This document shows, one piece after another, positions 1 to 10,453 of a stretch of 41,223 nucleotides of DNA (position 1 is its first letter; each line of letters starts with the position of its first letter). The stretch is from an uncultured Piscirickettsiaceae bacterium (GTDB taxonomy: Bacteria > Pseudomonadota > Gammaproteobacteria > Thiomicrospirales > Thiomicrospiraceae): assembly GCA_964565985.1 (NCBI GenBank), contig CAZMHA010000002.1, positions 1 through 41,223 of the forward strand. The letters run 5' to 3'. Under the pieces are notes generated by a model. It was not told the origin of the DNA and searched no databases. It saw only the letters and a program-made list of their open reading frames with translations. The position numbers and the translations under genes were made by a program.

Positions 1-39
1 AGATTGTTCGAATAGTTCAGCGAAAGATAATTCACTCAT
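1..39 (-). CDS. rpsA: 30S ribosomal protein S1, N-terminal fragment (runs off window)
   Basis: Manual translation from ATG at 39: MSELSFAELFEQS, similar to E. coli S1 MTESFAQLFEES; canonical position downstream of cmk. Confidence 0.92.
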   Translation of the reverse strand, partial: MSELSFAELFEQS

Positions 40-143
40 GGAAATAGTTACCAAAATTGTTAGCCGATGATTTTTTGCAAATGGGCATCTTAGTTAGATT
101 AAGCTCAAGTTAAGATTATTCAAAAACACTCGGGTCAGTTAAA

Positions 144-174
144 TAAAAAAAGGTCTTCCCAAAAGACCTTTTTA
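144..174 (-). terminator. Intrinsic terminator-like hairpin after cmk
   Basis: AAAAAGGTCTT (147-157) / AAGACCTTTTT (163-173) inverted repeat with U-tract on the minus strand. Confidence 0.7.
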
Positions 175-203
175 TAAAAATTAATAAAGCAGTTTTTTAC
201 AAA

Positions 204-869
204 CTACTTTAGTATTCCTTTATCCCGAAGTGCTTTTTCAGCAATTTGGCAGACCTCTTCTATATTAAGAGAAGAGGTATCTATGATAATGGCATCACTC
301 GCAGGAACTAAAGGTGAAGCAGATCTTGTTCGATCTCTCTCATCCCTTAGTTCAATATCTCGAGTTATTTGATCAAGTATAGCATTAACCCCTTGGCTTT
401 TCAACTGCTTAACGCGTCTTTTTGCCCTTTCTGCTGTTGAGGCAGTTAAAAAAAGTTTAACTTTTGCCTTTGGGAAAACTACTGTCCCCATGTCCCTGCC
501 ATCAGCAACTAGCCCATTTTTTTTGTTATAGAAGTTTTCTTGTCTGTTTAATAATGCGGTTCTTACTTCAGAAATAGATGCTATTTTAGATGCAACAGCA
601 GCAGTTTCTTCATTTCTTATGCTAGGAGTAACATCTTCACCATTATATAAAATTTTGGTTCCTGCAAAGCTAACAGGTAAGCTTTGTGCTAGTTCTACTA
701 GCTTATCAACCTGAGTTTCTGCAATATTTTCAACCATATATCCATAGGCTAAGGCACGATAAATTGCACCACTATCTAATAGGGTGTAATTAGTTTTAGA
801 GCATAACCATTGTGATAGAGTTCCCTTCCCTACTCCGCTTGGTCCGTCAACTGTAATAATATTATCCAT
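204..869 (-). CDS. cmk: Cytidylate kinase
   Basis: DGPSGVGKGT P-loop, LDSGAIYR, DGRDMGTVVFP motifs. Confidence 0.97.
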   Translation of the reverse strand: MDNIITVDGPSGVGKGTLSQWLCSKTNYTLLDSGAIYRALAYGYMVENIAETQVDKLVELAQSLPVSFAGTKILYNGEDVTPSIRNEETAAVASKIASISEVRTALLNRQENFYNKKNGLVADGRDMGTVVFPKAKVKLFLTASTAERAKRRVKQLKSQGVNAILDQITRDIELRDERDRTRSASPLVPASDAIIIDTSSLNIEEVCQIAEKALRDKGILK

Positions 870-2199
870 CTGTTTTCCTTAAATCCATGCCTATTTGATT
901 AATTAGTTCTACAAAAGTAGGGAAAGAGGTATTAACATTTTCACAGTCATCAATAACTATTTCATCGCTAGCCGTTAAACCCGCTATGGTCATTGCCATA
1001 GATATCCTATGATCATGATGACTCAAAATAGCTGTTTGTTGTTTGCTTTGTTTACCTCCTTCTATAATCATCCCATCATCAGTTGCTAAGGCAGAAATAC
1101 CTACGGCAGTTAAGGCATCTGCCATAACTTGAATGCGATCAGACTCTTTAACTCTAAGCTCTTCTGCTCCTGTTAGTACAGTATTACCTTTTGCGGTTGA
1201 TGCTGCCACAAACAGTACAGGAAATTCGTCTATTGCTAGAGGCACAAGTTCTTCTGGAATATGAATGCCTTTTAATTGTGCATACTTAACATGAATGTCG
1301 GCAACAGGCTCTCCCCCAACAACTGTTTTATTCTCTAAGGTTATATCCGCACCCATTAGTTTTAAAATATCTATAATTCCGGTTCTTGTTGGGTTAATAC
1401 CGACATGTTCAATTACTAGATCAGCATCTTTTGCTATGGTGGCAGCTACTATAAAAAAGGCTGCTGAAGAAATATCTGAGGGCACATCTATATCACTAGC
1501 GATAAGTTTACCGCCACCTATTACAGATACTTTTGTTCGCATTGTATCTAGTTTTTCAGAGATAACTTTATAGCCAAACCCATTTAGCATTTTTTCAGTA
1601 TGATCTCTAGTTGGTGCTGGCTCTATTACTGTGGTGGTTCCATTCGTATATAAACTAGCGAATAAAATACAAGACTTAACTTGTGCACTTGCCATAGGCA
1701 TTACATAATCAATAGCAGACAAATTTGAGCTTGCAGAAATTTTTAATGGCGGCAGTCCATCTTCTGTGGATGTTATTTTTGCTCCCATGTCGATTAATGG
1801 CTTGGTAACTCTTTTCATTGGTCGGGTTGATAAAGAAGCATCGCCAATTAATTCTGAATCAAATGATTGACCAGCTAAAATACCAGACATTAAACGCATA
1901 GCTGTACCAGAATTACCCATATCAAGAGGTTTAATTGGCTTTTTAAGTCCAGTTAATCCTACGCCTTTAATGGTGATGTTACCATTTTTAGGGCCAACAA
2001 TTTCTACACCCATGTCTTGAAATGCTTTTAATGTTGCTAAGCTATCATCACCTTCTAAAAACCCAGTTATATTGGTTGTTCCTTCTGCTAAAGAGCCAAG
2101 CATAATACTACGATGAGAGATGGATTTATCACCAGGTACACGAATGCGACCTTTTACCCCCCCCCCTGGTAAAACTTTAAATTTTACATTAGTTGTCAT
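862..2199 (-). CDS. aroA: 3-phosphoshikimate 1-carboxyvinyltransferase (EPSP synthase, class II)
   Basis: PGDKSISHR, GNSGT, SAQVKS, ELRVKESDRI, DHRI motifs. Confidence 0.97.
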   Translation of the reverse strand: MTTNVKFKVLPGGGVKGRIRVPGDKSISHRSIMLGSLAEGTTNITGFLEGDDSLATLKAFQDMGVEIVGPKNGNITIKGVGLTGLKKPIKPLDMGNSGTAMRLMSGILAGQSFDSELIGDASLSTRPMKRVTKPLIDMGAKITSTEDGLPPLKISASSNLSAIDYVMPMASAQVKSCILFASLYTNGTTTVIEPAPTRDHTEKMLNGFGYKVISEKLDTMRTKVSVIGGGKLIASDIDVPSDISSAAFFIVAATIAKDADLVIEHVGINPTRTGIIDILKLMGADITLENKTVVGGEPVADIHVKYAQLKGIHIPEELVPLAIDEFPVLFVAASTAKGNTVLTGAEELRVKESDRIQVMADALTAVGISALATDDGMIIEGGKQSKQQTAILSHHDHRISMAMTIAGLTASDEIVIDDCENVNTSFPTFVELINQIGMDLRKTDG

Positions 2200-3067
2200 T
2201 GTTTTTTCCTGCTACAAATTCATCACGAGTTTTTTTCGCGTTAGTAAATAAATCTAACAAGCTATCAGCCTGCTGATTTTCCATCATTTGTATTATCTTT
2301 GATAAGCTTTGTTGATAATTTTTAAGCCACTTTATAATTGCAGGGCGATTGCTTATCGCTATATCTCTCCACATAACTGGATTACTAGACGCTATACGAC
2401 TGAAGTCTTTAAAACCACCTGCGGTAAAATCAAACACCTTAGGTAAATCTTTATTACCAGCGAGTAAATCGACCATGGCAAAGGCAAGCATATGGGGAAG
2501 ATGACTACTTGCCGCTAATACATCATCGTGTTCTTTTGCCGACATTTCTACTATATTTGCTCCGAGCATTTTCCAGAGTTCTTTTACCTGTTTTAAAGCG
2601 TGCTTATCTGTTTTTTCACTAGGTGTTAAAATGACTTTATGGTCTATAAATAAATTTTCATCTGCGACATTAACTCCACTTTGCTCTTTTCCTGCGATTG
2701 GGTGTGCAGGAACAAAGCCCGTAAAATCTTTGCCAAATATAGCTTGAGCGGTGTTTATAACACTAAGTTTAGAACTTCCTGCATCGGTTATAATTACGGA
2801 AGTTTTAATAAAGGGCTGTATTTTTTTAAATACTTCCGCAAATGCTCCCATAGGAATAGCAAGCATAATTAAATCAGCATCCTTTACCGCATCTTGTATA
2901 TCAAGACTAAAATCATCTATTACATTTATCTCAACAGCTCTTTGCAACTTTTCAAGATTGGCTCCGTAACCTGTTAATTTTCCAGCAAACTTTCTAGACT
3001 TAAGTCCTTTTGCAAAGGAACCACCTATTAGCCCAACACCGATAACTGTGATTTGTTTTATTGACAT
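2189..3067 (-). CDS. tyrA: Prephenate/cyclohexadienyl dehydrogenase
   Basis: GVGLIGGS Rossmann motif, HPIAG, SHLPH, GGFKDFSRIA; hisC-tyrA-aroA synteny. Confidence 0.93.
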   Translation of the reverse strand: MSIKQITVIGVGLIGGSFAKGLKSRKFAGKLTGYGANLEKLQRAVEINVIDDFSLDIQDAVKDADLIMLAIPMGAFAEVFKKIQPFIKTSVIITDAGSSKLSVINTAQAIFGKDFTGFVPAHPIAGKEQSGVNVADENLFIDHKVILTPSEKTDKHALKQVKELWKMLGANIVEMSAKEHDDVLAASSHLPHMLAFAMVDLLAGNKDLPKVFDFTAGGFKDFSRIASSNPVMWRDIAISNRPAIIKWLKNYQQSLSKIIQMMENQQADSLLDLFTNAKKTRDEFVAGKNNDN

Positions 3068-4158
3068 ATGATTTTGTTTAAAGCCTCGATAAAGTGGTTG
3101 TTTTCTTTAGTCGTTCCGATGGAAATCCTTAAAAAATTATCCATATTATAATTTGCAACAGACCTTACTATAACCCCCATTTTTAGCAATTGTTGATTAA
3201 TATTACTAGCTTGTTCACCAACATTTACACAAATAAAATTACCTGAGGAAGGAATGTAACTTAGCTTTTTATTCTCAAAAAAGTCCGTTAGTTGCTTCAT
3301 TCCTTGGTTATTTAGTTCAATACTTTGTTTTACAAAAACCTGATCATTTAAAGCAATTATTGCGGAAGTTTGCGCAAATTGATTAACATTAAAAGGAGTT
3401 CTAACCTTTTCGATATAGCTAATAATTTCCTCACAGCCCAGTATGTACCCGATTCTTAAAGAAGCTAGCCCGTAAGCCTTAGAAAAGGTACGAGAAACTA
3501 ATAAATTTGGGTGGCTAGCTAAATAATCTAAGCCATTAATTGTTTTATCATCCTCTACATATTCAAAGTAGGCTTCATCCAGAACAATCACAACTTTCTC
3601 TGGTACTTTTTGAATAAAATTATCCCATTCAAACCTAGTAATTAAAGTTCCTGTGGGATTGTTAGGATTGGCTATATAGATAACTTTAGTTTTTGCAGTT
3701 ATTGCGTCAAGCATTGCGGTTAAATCATGCTCCCATTCTCTCGCGGCAACACAAATCCCTTTAGCTCCTACGACCTGTGCACTAATTGGATAAACTGCAA
3801 AGGCATATTCTGAGTATATTATTTCATCGCCAATACCTGCAAAAATTCTTGCTACCAACTCTAATAATTCATTTGAACCATTACCTATAGCAATCTGTTG
3901 TTCCGTTAAAGACAAATGCTTTGCTAGAGCTTGCTTCAGTTCAAACGCACTACCGTCAGGGTATCTAGCTACATCAGCTAATAGGTTTTGAATGGCTTGT
4001 TGTACTTTGGGGCTACATCCTAATGGATTTTCGTTAGAAGCAAGTTTAGAAATCCTAGTAAGATTTAATTCTCGTTGTAACTCAGAAATTGCTTTACCTG
4101 GAACATAAGGTTTAATACCAGATATTTGTGATTTTATTTGTTTTGCAAATAGAGACAT
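3058..4158 (-). CDS. hisC: Histidinol-phosphate/aromatic aminotransferase
   Basis: KLASNENP, NPNNPTG, DEAY, RTFSKAYGLA PLP-lysine motif. Confidence 0.93.
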   Translation of the reverse strand: MSLFAKQIKSQISGIKPYVPGKAISELQRELNLTRISKLASNENPLGCSPKVQQAIQNLLADVARYPDGSAFELKQALAKHLSLTEQQIAIGNGSNELLELVARIFAGIGDEIIYSEYAFAVYPISAQVVGAKGICVAAREWEHDLTAMLDAITAKTKVIYIANPNNPTGTLITRFEWDNFIQKVPEKVVIVLDEAYFEYVEDDKTINGLDYLASHPNLLVSRTFSKAYGLASLRIGYILGCEEIISYIEKVRTPFNVNQFAQTSAIIALNDQVFVKQSIELNNQGMKQLTDFFENKKLSYIPSSGNFICVNVGEQASNINQQLLKMGVIVRSVANYNMDNFLRISIGTTKENNHFIEALNKIICQ

Positions 4159-4166
4159 ATAGTTAT

Positions 4167-5264
4167 TTAATTAAATGGTGATGCAGGAAAAGAACCTAGA
4201 AGTTTAAAAAAGGCGGTTTTCATTTTTATTTCAGCTAAAGCATCTTTTAATTTAGCACTATTTCGATGGCCTTCGACATCTATAAAAAACAAGTAGTCCC
4301 ACTTAACATCATTAGAAGGCACTGAAACTATGCGTTTCATTGAAATTTTTCTACTAGCAAAACAGCCCAAAACTCCCATTAATGCCCCCGATTTATTTGG
4401 CATAGATAGTATCATCGCAGTTTTGTCTTCGCCACTAATATCGGTTTCTTCATTACCTATTACCCAAAATTTAGTGGTGTTATCTTTATGATCTTCAATA
4501 TTTGACTCTAGCACCTGTAGCCCATAAAGTTGTGCGGCTTGTTCTGAAGCTATTGCTCCTAAGCTGCTATCTGATTTTGCCAGTTGTGCAGCTAAAGCAT
4601 TGGAATCAACCGCTTCTATACTCGCCCATGGCATGTTGTTGTGTAACCAAGTTTCACACTGACCTAACGCCTGTTGATGAGCCATTACTTTAGTAATAGA
4701 AGTTAAATCTTTATTTTTAGACAGTAGACAGTGATGAATAGCTAACTCAATCTCTCCAGTTATTTTTAAACTAGTTTTTATTAGTGCATTTTGCGTTTGC
4801 TTTACTACGCCTTCTGATGAGTTTTCAACAGGAACCAATCCATAGTTAGACTCACCTTTTTCAACGGAAGCAAAAACTTCATCAATAGATGATACTGCAT
4901 GAGGGTGGGCAAATGTACCAAATTGCTTTAATAAGCTAGCATGAGAATAACTGCCTTCTGGTCCTAAATAAGCTACTTTTAAAGGTTGTTCTAAAGCCAA
5001 ACAAACGGACATTATTTCCCTGAAAAGACGCATCATATCGTTATCAGATAGTGCACTATTATTGCGTTCTTTTACTTCACGCAACACTTGAGCTTCTCTC
5101 TCTGGCCTGTAAAACACAGCTTCAACCGTGCCACCTTGAGTTTTAATATTGGCAACTTCTTGTGCACAACCTGCTCTTTTGGTGATTAAATTTTGAATTT
5201 GCTTATCTATAGAGTCAATTTCATCACGAATTTTAATTAATTTTTGATCATCTAAATGTTTCAT
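4167..5264 (-). CDS. pheA: Chorismate mutase/prephenate dehydratase (P-protein)
   Basis: N-terminal chorismate mutase (IRDEIDSID, RPEREAQVL), YLGPEGSYS, PVENSSEG, C-terminal ACT domain; start placed at ATG 5264 just after the serC stop. Confidence 0.95.
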   Translation of the reverse strand: MKHLDDQKLIKIRDEIDSIDKQIQNLITKRAGCAQEVANIKTQGGTVEAVFYRPEREAQVLREVKERNNSALSDNDMMRLFREIMSVCLALEQPLKVAYLGPEGSYSHASLLKQFGTFAHPHAVSSIDEVFASVEKGESNYGLVPVENSSEGVVKQTQNALIKTSLKITGEIELAIHHCLLSKNKDLTSITKVMAHQQALGQCETWLHNNMPWASIEAVDSNALAAQLAKSDSSLGAIASEQAAQLYGLQVLESNIEDHKDNTTKFWVIGNEETDISGEDKTAMILSMPNKSGALMGVLGCFASRKISMKRIVSVPSNDVKWDYLFFIDVEGHRNSAKLKDALAEIKMKTAFFKLLGSFPASPFN

Positions 5265-5265
5265 A

Positions 5266-6327
5266 CTAATTATTTTTTTCAAACATTTGCATAAAGGAAA
5301 CTAATGCATCAACACCTTCTTCAGGCATTGCATTATAAATACTTGCGCGCATTCCTCCGTATGCTTTATGCCCTTTTAAATTCAATAAACCTGCCGCTTT
5401 AGACTCCAATAAAAACTTATCTTCTAGCTTAGTATTATAAAACTTAAATGATACATTCATCCATGAACGAACACGGGTTTCAATTTCATTGTAATATATG
5501 TTTGATTTGTCAATGTATTGGTATAGTTTCTCAGCTTTGCGTTGATTGACCTTAGCCATAACCGCAACACCTCCCTGCTCCTTTACCCATTCAAAAACTA
5601 AACCGGCTAAATACCAAGCATAGGTTGATGGAGTATTAAACATAGAATTATTATCAACATAAGTTTGCCAGTTTAATAAAGCAGGTGTATTTTCTCGTGC
5701 CTTACCAAGCAAATCTTCTCTAACAATAATAATTGCTAAACCTGCAGGGCCTATATTTTTTTGTGAACCAGCGTAAATAACACCATAGTCTGCAACATTT
5801 ATTGGTCTTGATAATATGGTGGAAGAAAAGTCAGCAATAATAGGTACATTAACCTTTGGTAAAGATTGGAACTCTACGCCAGTAATAGTTTCATTTTGAC
5901 AGATATGTAAAAACTTAGCATTATAACTAAAATTCATCTCCGAAAAGTCGGGGATATCTGTTTCAGAAGTAGCTACCACATTTACATTAGCAAATCTTTC
6001 CGCCTCTTTAATCGCTTTAGATGACCAAACTCCAGAATTAATATAATCTATAGTGTCAGTTTCTTCTAATAAATTCAAAGGAATCGCTGCGAACTGCAAT
6101 GAGGCTCCACCATGTTTAAAAATAACTTTATAGTTATCAGGTATAGCCATTATTTCGCGTAAATCTACTTCCATTTTAGTGGCTAATTGCATGAACTCTT
6201 TGCTGCGATGGCTCATTTCCATCACCGACATTCCTGTATTGTTCCAGTCAAGAAACTCAGCCTTTGCTTTTTGCATCACATCTGCTGGCAACATGGCAGG
6301 TCCTGCACTAAAATTAAAACTTCTCAT
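5266..6327 (-). CDS. serC: Phosphoserine aminotransferase
   Basis: FNFSAGPAMLP, EMSHRS, GSQKNIGPAG, GGMRASIYNA. Confidence 0.97.
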   Translation of the reverse strand: MRSFNFSAGPAMLPADVMQKAKAEFLDWNNTGMSVMEMSHRSKEFMQLATKMEVDLREIMAIPDNYKVIFKHGGASLQFAAIPLNLLEETDTIDYINSGVWSSKAIKEAERFANVNVVATSETDIPDFSEMNFSYNAKFLHICQNETITGVEFQSLPKVNVPIIADFSSTILSRPINVADYGVIYAGSQKNIGPAGLAIIIVREDLLGKARENTPALLNWQTYVDNNSMFNTPSTYAWYLAGLVFEWVKEQGGVAVMAKVNQRKAEKLYQYIDKSNIYYNEIETRVRSWMNVSFKFYNTKLEDKFLLESKAAGLLNLKGHKAYGGMRASIYNAMPEEGVDALVSFMQMFEKNN

Positions 6328-6330
6328 TTA

Positions 6331-8919
6331 TTAGTCTTCGCTAGTTTCTGTATTAATACTGCCATCTTCTTCCGTCATTTCTATTAACTCATCTTCTGCA
6401 ACATCAACAACTGCAACACCTACGACAAGCTCTCCCTTTCCTACTTTAATTAGCCTTACTCCTTGAGTGTTACGACCTACTACAGATATTTCTGACACTC
6501 TTGTTCTAACAAGGGTTGCTTTATTAGTGATTAAAACAACTTCTTGATCTGTAGTTACTGATACTGCAGAAACTACATTACCATTTCGCTCAGAGGTTTT
6601 TATAGAAATAACTCCAGAGCCCCCGCGTTTAATTGTTGAGTAATCATCAATAGGCGTACACTTACCAAAACCATTTTCGGTAACAGTTAAAACTAAGGTT
6701 TCTGGACGAGCAACCTGCATACTAATTATAGACATGCCCTCTTTAAGTTTCATGCCTCGTACACCACGGGCTTGTCTGCCCATTACGCGGATACCATTCT
6801 CATCAAAACGAATTGCTTTACCGATGTTACTAAACATCATTATTTCTTGCTTACCATCAGTTAATGCCGTTCCTACTAGTTCATCATCTCCACGCAAATC
6901 AACCGCAATAATACCGTTAGCTCTTGGGCGAGAGAAGTTTGTTAAGGCAACACGCTTAACAATAGATTCTTTGGTAGCCATAAATACATAGTGATCATCA
7001 GTAAATTCTGAAATTGGCAAGATAGAAGTAATATATTCATCATCTTGCACTGGTAATACATTAACGATAGGCTTACCTTTTGCTCCTCTACTTGCTAGAG
7101 GTAGTCGCCATGTTTTAATCCAGTACAAACGCCCACGATTTGAGAAACAAAGCAGCATATCATGGGTGCTAGCTACTAATAGCTGCCCTACTTGATCATC
7201 TTCTTTCATTTGTGTAGCAGATTTTCCACGACCACCTCTGTGTTGTGCTTGATAGTCGGAAAGTGGTTGCGTTTTAATATAACCATCTTGCGATAAGGTA
7301 ACTATCCTGTCTTCTTGTGCTATTAAATCTTCTGAGTCTAAATCTAAGTAACTATGGTCAATTTCTGTGCGTCTACTATCACCAAAATTGTCCATTATCT
7401 CTTGTAATTCTTCTTTAATTACTTCAGTTAGTCGCTCAGGATTGCGTAATATTTCTAGGTGAGCAGCTATTTGTATAATTAATTCTTGATACTCTCCAAT
7501 AATTTTATCTTGCTCTAAGCCAGTTAAACGATGTAAACGCATTTCCAATATGGCTTGTGCTTGAATTGGAGATAGCTTATAAATAGAACCTTCTGCTCCA
7601 AATCCTTCAGGCAAGTCTTCTGGACGAACATCTTTTAGTTCTACATTTTCTAATAGCTTTTCTACTTCACCAATTGCCCACTCTCGTTCCAACATGCGCT
7701 CTTTAGCAACCGCAGGACTAGGAGAACCTTTAATTAGCTCAATCATTTCATCGATACTAGTTAAGGCAACAGTTAACCCCTCAAGTAAATGTGCTTTTTC
7801 ACGAGCTTTACGAAGTTCATAAATAGTACGGCGGGTAACAACTTCACGACGGTGCTTGATAAACGCATTTAACATTGATTTTAGACCAAGTAGCTTAGGC
7901 TGTCCGTCAATTAATGAAACCATGTTCATTCCAAAGGCTGTTTGCATGGTTGTTTGCTTGTAAAGGTTGTTAATTATTACTTCTGGAACTTCTCCACGGC
8001 GAACTTCAATTACCACACGCATACCGTCTTTATCAGACTCATCTCTTAGTGCAGTAATACCTTCTATTTTCTTCTCTTTAATCAATTCAGCAATGCGTTC
8101 AATCAGCCTTGCTTTGTTTACTTGATAAGGTAATTCATGCACTATAATTGCAGACTTACCTGATGAATCAGTTTCTATACCTACTTTTGATCGGATTTGA
8201 ACACGACCACGACCAGTTTCATAGGCTTCACGAATACCTTTAGTGCCGTTAATAATTCCATAGGTAGGGAAATCTGGGCCAGGTATAAATTCCATTAAAC
8301 CATCAACATCTAAGTCAGGGTTTTCAATTAAAGCTAAGCATGCATTAATTGTTTCATTTAAGTTATGAGGAGGAATGTTTGTTGCCATACCTACCGCGAT
8401 ACCAGAAGAACCATTAACTAATAAATTAGGTATTCTTGTCGGCAGTACATCAGGCTCATGCTCTGAACCATCATAGTTGGGGGTGAAATCAACTGTTTCT
8501 TTGTCTAAATCAGCTAGTAGTTCATGGGCAATTTTAGACATCCTTACTTCTGTATAACGCATGGCAGCAGGAGAATCACCATCGATAGAACCAAAGTTAC
8601 CCTGTCCGTCAACTAACATATAACGCAAAGAAAACGGCTGAGCCATTCGTACGATTGTATCGTAAACCGCTGTATCGCCGTGAGGGTGGTATTTACCAAT
8701 TACATCACCAACAATACGGGCAGACTTTTTATAGGGTTTATTCCAACTGTTGCCTAGCACGCTCATCGCAAACAACACACGGCGATGTACAGGTTTTAGA
8801 CCATCACGCACATCAGGCAATGCTCGCCCAATAATAACGCTCATAGCGTAACTTAAATAAGATTGTTCCATCTCTCGTTCAAGACTAATCGGTAAAACTT
8901 CTTTAGCAAAATCAGACAT
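6331..8919 (-). CDS. gyrA: DNA gyrase subunit A
   Basis: KYHPHGD, AAMRYTE catalytic Tyr, GyrA-box QHRGGRG, acidic tail; start placed at MSDFAKE (8919). Confidence 0.98.
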   Translation of the reverse strand: MSDFAKEVLPISLEREMEQSYLSYAMSVIIGRALPDVRDGLKPVHRRVLFAMSVLGNSWNKPYKKSARIVGDVIGKYHPHGDTAVYDTIVRMAQPFSLRYMLVDGQGNFGSIDGDSPAAMRYTEVRMSKIAHELLADLDKETVDFTPNYDGSEHEPDVLPTRIPNLLVNGSSGIAVGMATNIPPHNLNETINACLALIENPDLDVDGLMEFIPGPDFPTYGIINGTKGIREAYETGRGRVQIRSKVGIETDSSGKSAIIVHELPYQVNKARLIERIAELIKEKKIEGITALRDESDKDGMRVVIEVRRGEVPEVIINNLYKQTTMQTAFGMNMVSLIDGQPKLLGLKSMLNAFIKHRREVVTRRTIYELRKAREKAHLLEGLTVALTSIDEMIELIKGSPSPAVAKERMLEREWAIGEVEKLLENVELKDVRPEDLPEGFGAEGSIYKLSPIQAQAILEMRLHRLTGLEQDKIIGEYQELIIQIAAHLEILRNPERLTEVIKEELQEIMDNFGDSRRTEIDHSYLDLDSEDLIAQEDRIVTLSQDGYIKTQPLSDYQAQHRGGRGKSATQMKEDDQVGQLLVASTHDMLLCFSNRGRLYWIKTWRLPLASRGAKGKPIVNVLPVQDDEYITSILPISEFTDDHYVFMATKESIVKRVALTNFSRPRANGIIAVDLRGDDELVGTALTDGKQEIMMFSNIGKAIRFDENGIRVMGRQARGVRGMKLKEGMSIISMQVARPETLVLTVTENGFGKCTPIDDYSTIKRGGSGVISIKTSERNGNVVSAVSVTTDQEVVLITNKATLVRTRVSEISVVGRNTQGVRLIKVGKGELVVGVAVVDVAEDELIEMTEEDGSINTETSED

Positions 8920-9062
8920 ATAAAAAATCATCTTTGGTTTATAAAATTAGTCCATGATTATAACTAAAAAACAACTCCATTATGACTAATTTTAAGTTGA
9001 ATATTGCTAATCAATACTATATTCTTTACAAAGATAGTTAATTACTAAATTGAGAGCAGAAA

Positions 9063-9773
9063 ATGCCAAGCACACAAACCAAAAATATTGATAAAAGTGA
9101 ATTAGATAACTTTAATAGCCATGCCAGTACCTGGTGGGATGAAGAAGGTAAGTTTGCTGCTCTACATAAAATAAATCCTTTTCGTATAGACTTTATAAAA
9201 CAGTTTCAAAACATTGAAAACAAACAAGTTTTAGATATTGGCTGTGGTGGGGGAATCCTTTCTGAATCTCTAGCTAGGTTAGGTGCAAAAACTACAGGTA
9301 TTGATTTAGCAGAAGAGGTTTTAACTGTTGCAAAACTACATAGCCTTGATGCTGGAATTAAGGTAGATTACCAACTTATTTCTGCAGAAGAACATGCTCA
9401 ACAACATGCAGAACAATATGACATAGTTACCTGTATGGAAATGCTAGAGCATGTTCCAGAGCCTGCTTCAATTATTCAAGCTGCTGCGGATAGTGTTAAA
9501 ACTGGAGGTTGGGTCTTCTTCTCAACACTAAATAGAAACTATAAGTCTTACCTGTTAGGCATTGTTGCTGCCGAACATATTCTTGATTTAGTACCAAAAG
9601 GTACCCATACTCACGAAAAATTTATAAAACCATCAGAACTAAGTAGCATGGCTAGACAATCAGGACTTAGCTTAAAGGATGGTGCAGGGATTGAGTTTAA
9701 TCCGCTACTTAACAAATATGGTTTAAGCGATAATATGCATATTAACTACCTAATGGCATTTCAAAAAAACTAA
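9063..9773 (+). CDS. ubiG: Ubiquinone biosynthesis O-methyltransferase
   Basis: WWD..G...LHKINP, LDIGCGGG, CMEMLEHVP; divergent from gyrA. Confidence 0.96.
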   Translation: MPSTQTKNIDKSELDNFNSHASTWWDEEGKFAALHKINPFRIDFIKQFQNIENKQVLDIGCGGGILSESLARLGAKTTGIDLAEEVLTVAKLHSLDAGIKVDYQLISAEEHAQQHAEQYDIVTCMEMLEHVPEPASIIQAAADSVKTGGWVFFSTLNRNYKSYLLGIVAAEHILDLVPKGTHTHEKFIKPSELSSMARQSGLSLKDGAGIEFNPLLNKYGLSDNMHINYLMAFQKN

Positions 9774-10453
9774 TGAATACGAAAGTGAATATTAAAACCA
9801 TAAAATGTGTGCTGTTTGACTTAGATGGAACTCTACTAGACACCTCTAAAGACTTTGCCTATGCATTAGAACAAACATGCATTGAATTCAATACGCCATT
9901 AGTAGATTTCCAAAAATTAAGGGCTATTATTTCAGATGGCGGTCAAGCCATGATAGAACTTGCTTTTACAGGCTTGAGTGAAAAAGAAATTACTGTTAGG
10001 AAAAAATATTTCTTAAAAACTTATTCTGCAAACATTGCTCAGTTTACTCACCTGTTCAAAGGGCTAGAACAAGGCATGCAATCCTTGGCAGATAATGGAA
10101 TCAGTTGGGGTATTGTTACTAATAAACCAGAATGGCTAACCCAAAAACTTATTAGCCAGCAAAACTTTCCATCAGCACCTTGCGTAGTTGTTAGTGGCGA
10201 TACTCTAACAGAGAGCAAACCCCACCCTGCTCCTCTATTACTAGCAGCTAAAGAATGTAAAGTAAACCCTGAACAATGTATCTACCTAGGCGACCATCCC
10301 CGTGATATTCTAGCCGGTAAAAATGCTAATATGCTTACAGGAGTTGCACTATTTGGTTTTCTATCTAAAGAGAGCAAGCCCGCAGAATGGCAAGCGGATA
10401 TCAATTTCAAAACCACAGCAGAAATGTCAGAATTTTTAAAAGGAATTCAATGA
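9773..10453 (+). CDS. HAD-IA phosphatase (phosphoglycolate phosphatase/MupP-like)
   Basis: LFDLDGTL, VTNK, KPHP, GDHPRD motifs; ubiG-HAD-yciK order as in Pseudomonas. Confidence 0.88.
   Translation: MNTKVNIKTIKCVLFDLDGTLLDTSKDFAYALEQTCIEFNTPLVDFQKLRAIISDGGQAMIELAFTGLSEKEITVRKKYFLKTYSANIAQFTHLFKGLEQGMQSLADNGISWGIVTNKPEWLTQKLISQQNFPSAPCVVVSGDTLTESKPHPAPLLLAAKECKVNPEQCIYLGDHPRDILAGKNANMLTGVALFGFLSKESKPAEWQADINFKTTAEMSEFLKGIQ

Noticed and set aside
10387-10449. N-terminal extensions in the ORF track (SDR; also pheA, gyrA, skp, bamA, rpsB, GMC, tonB)
   Set aside because: They overlap upstream genes or leaders; downstream starts fit family N-termini and RBS better
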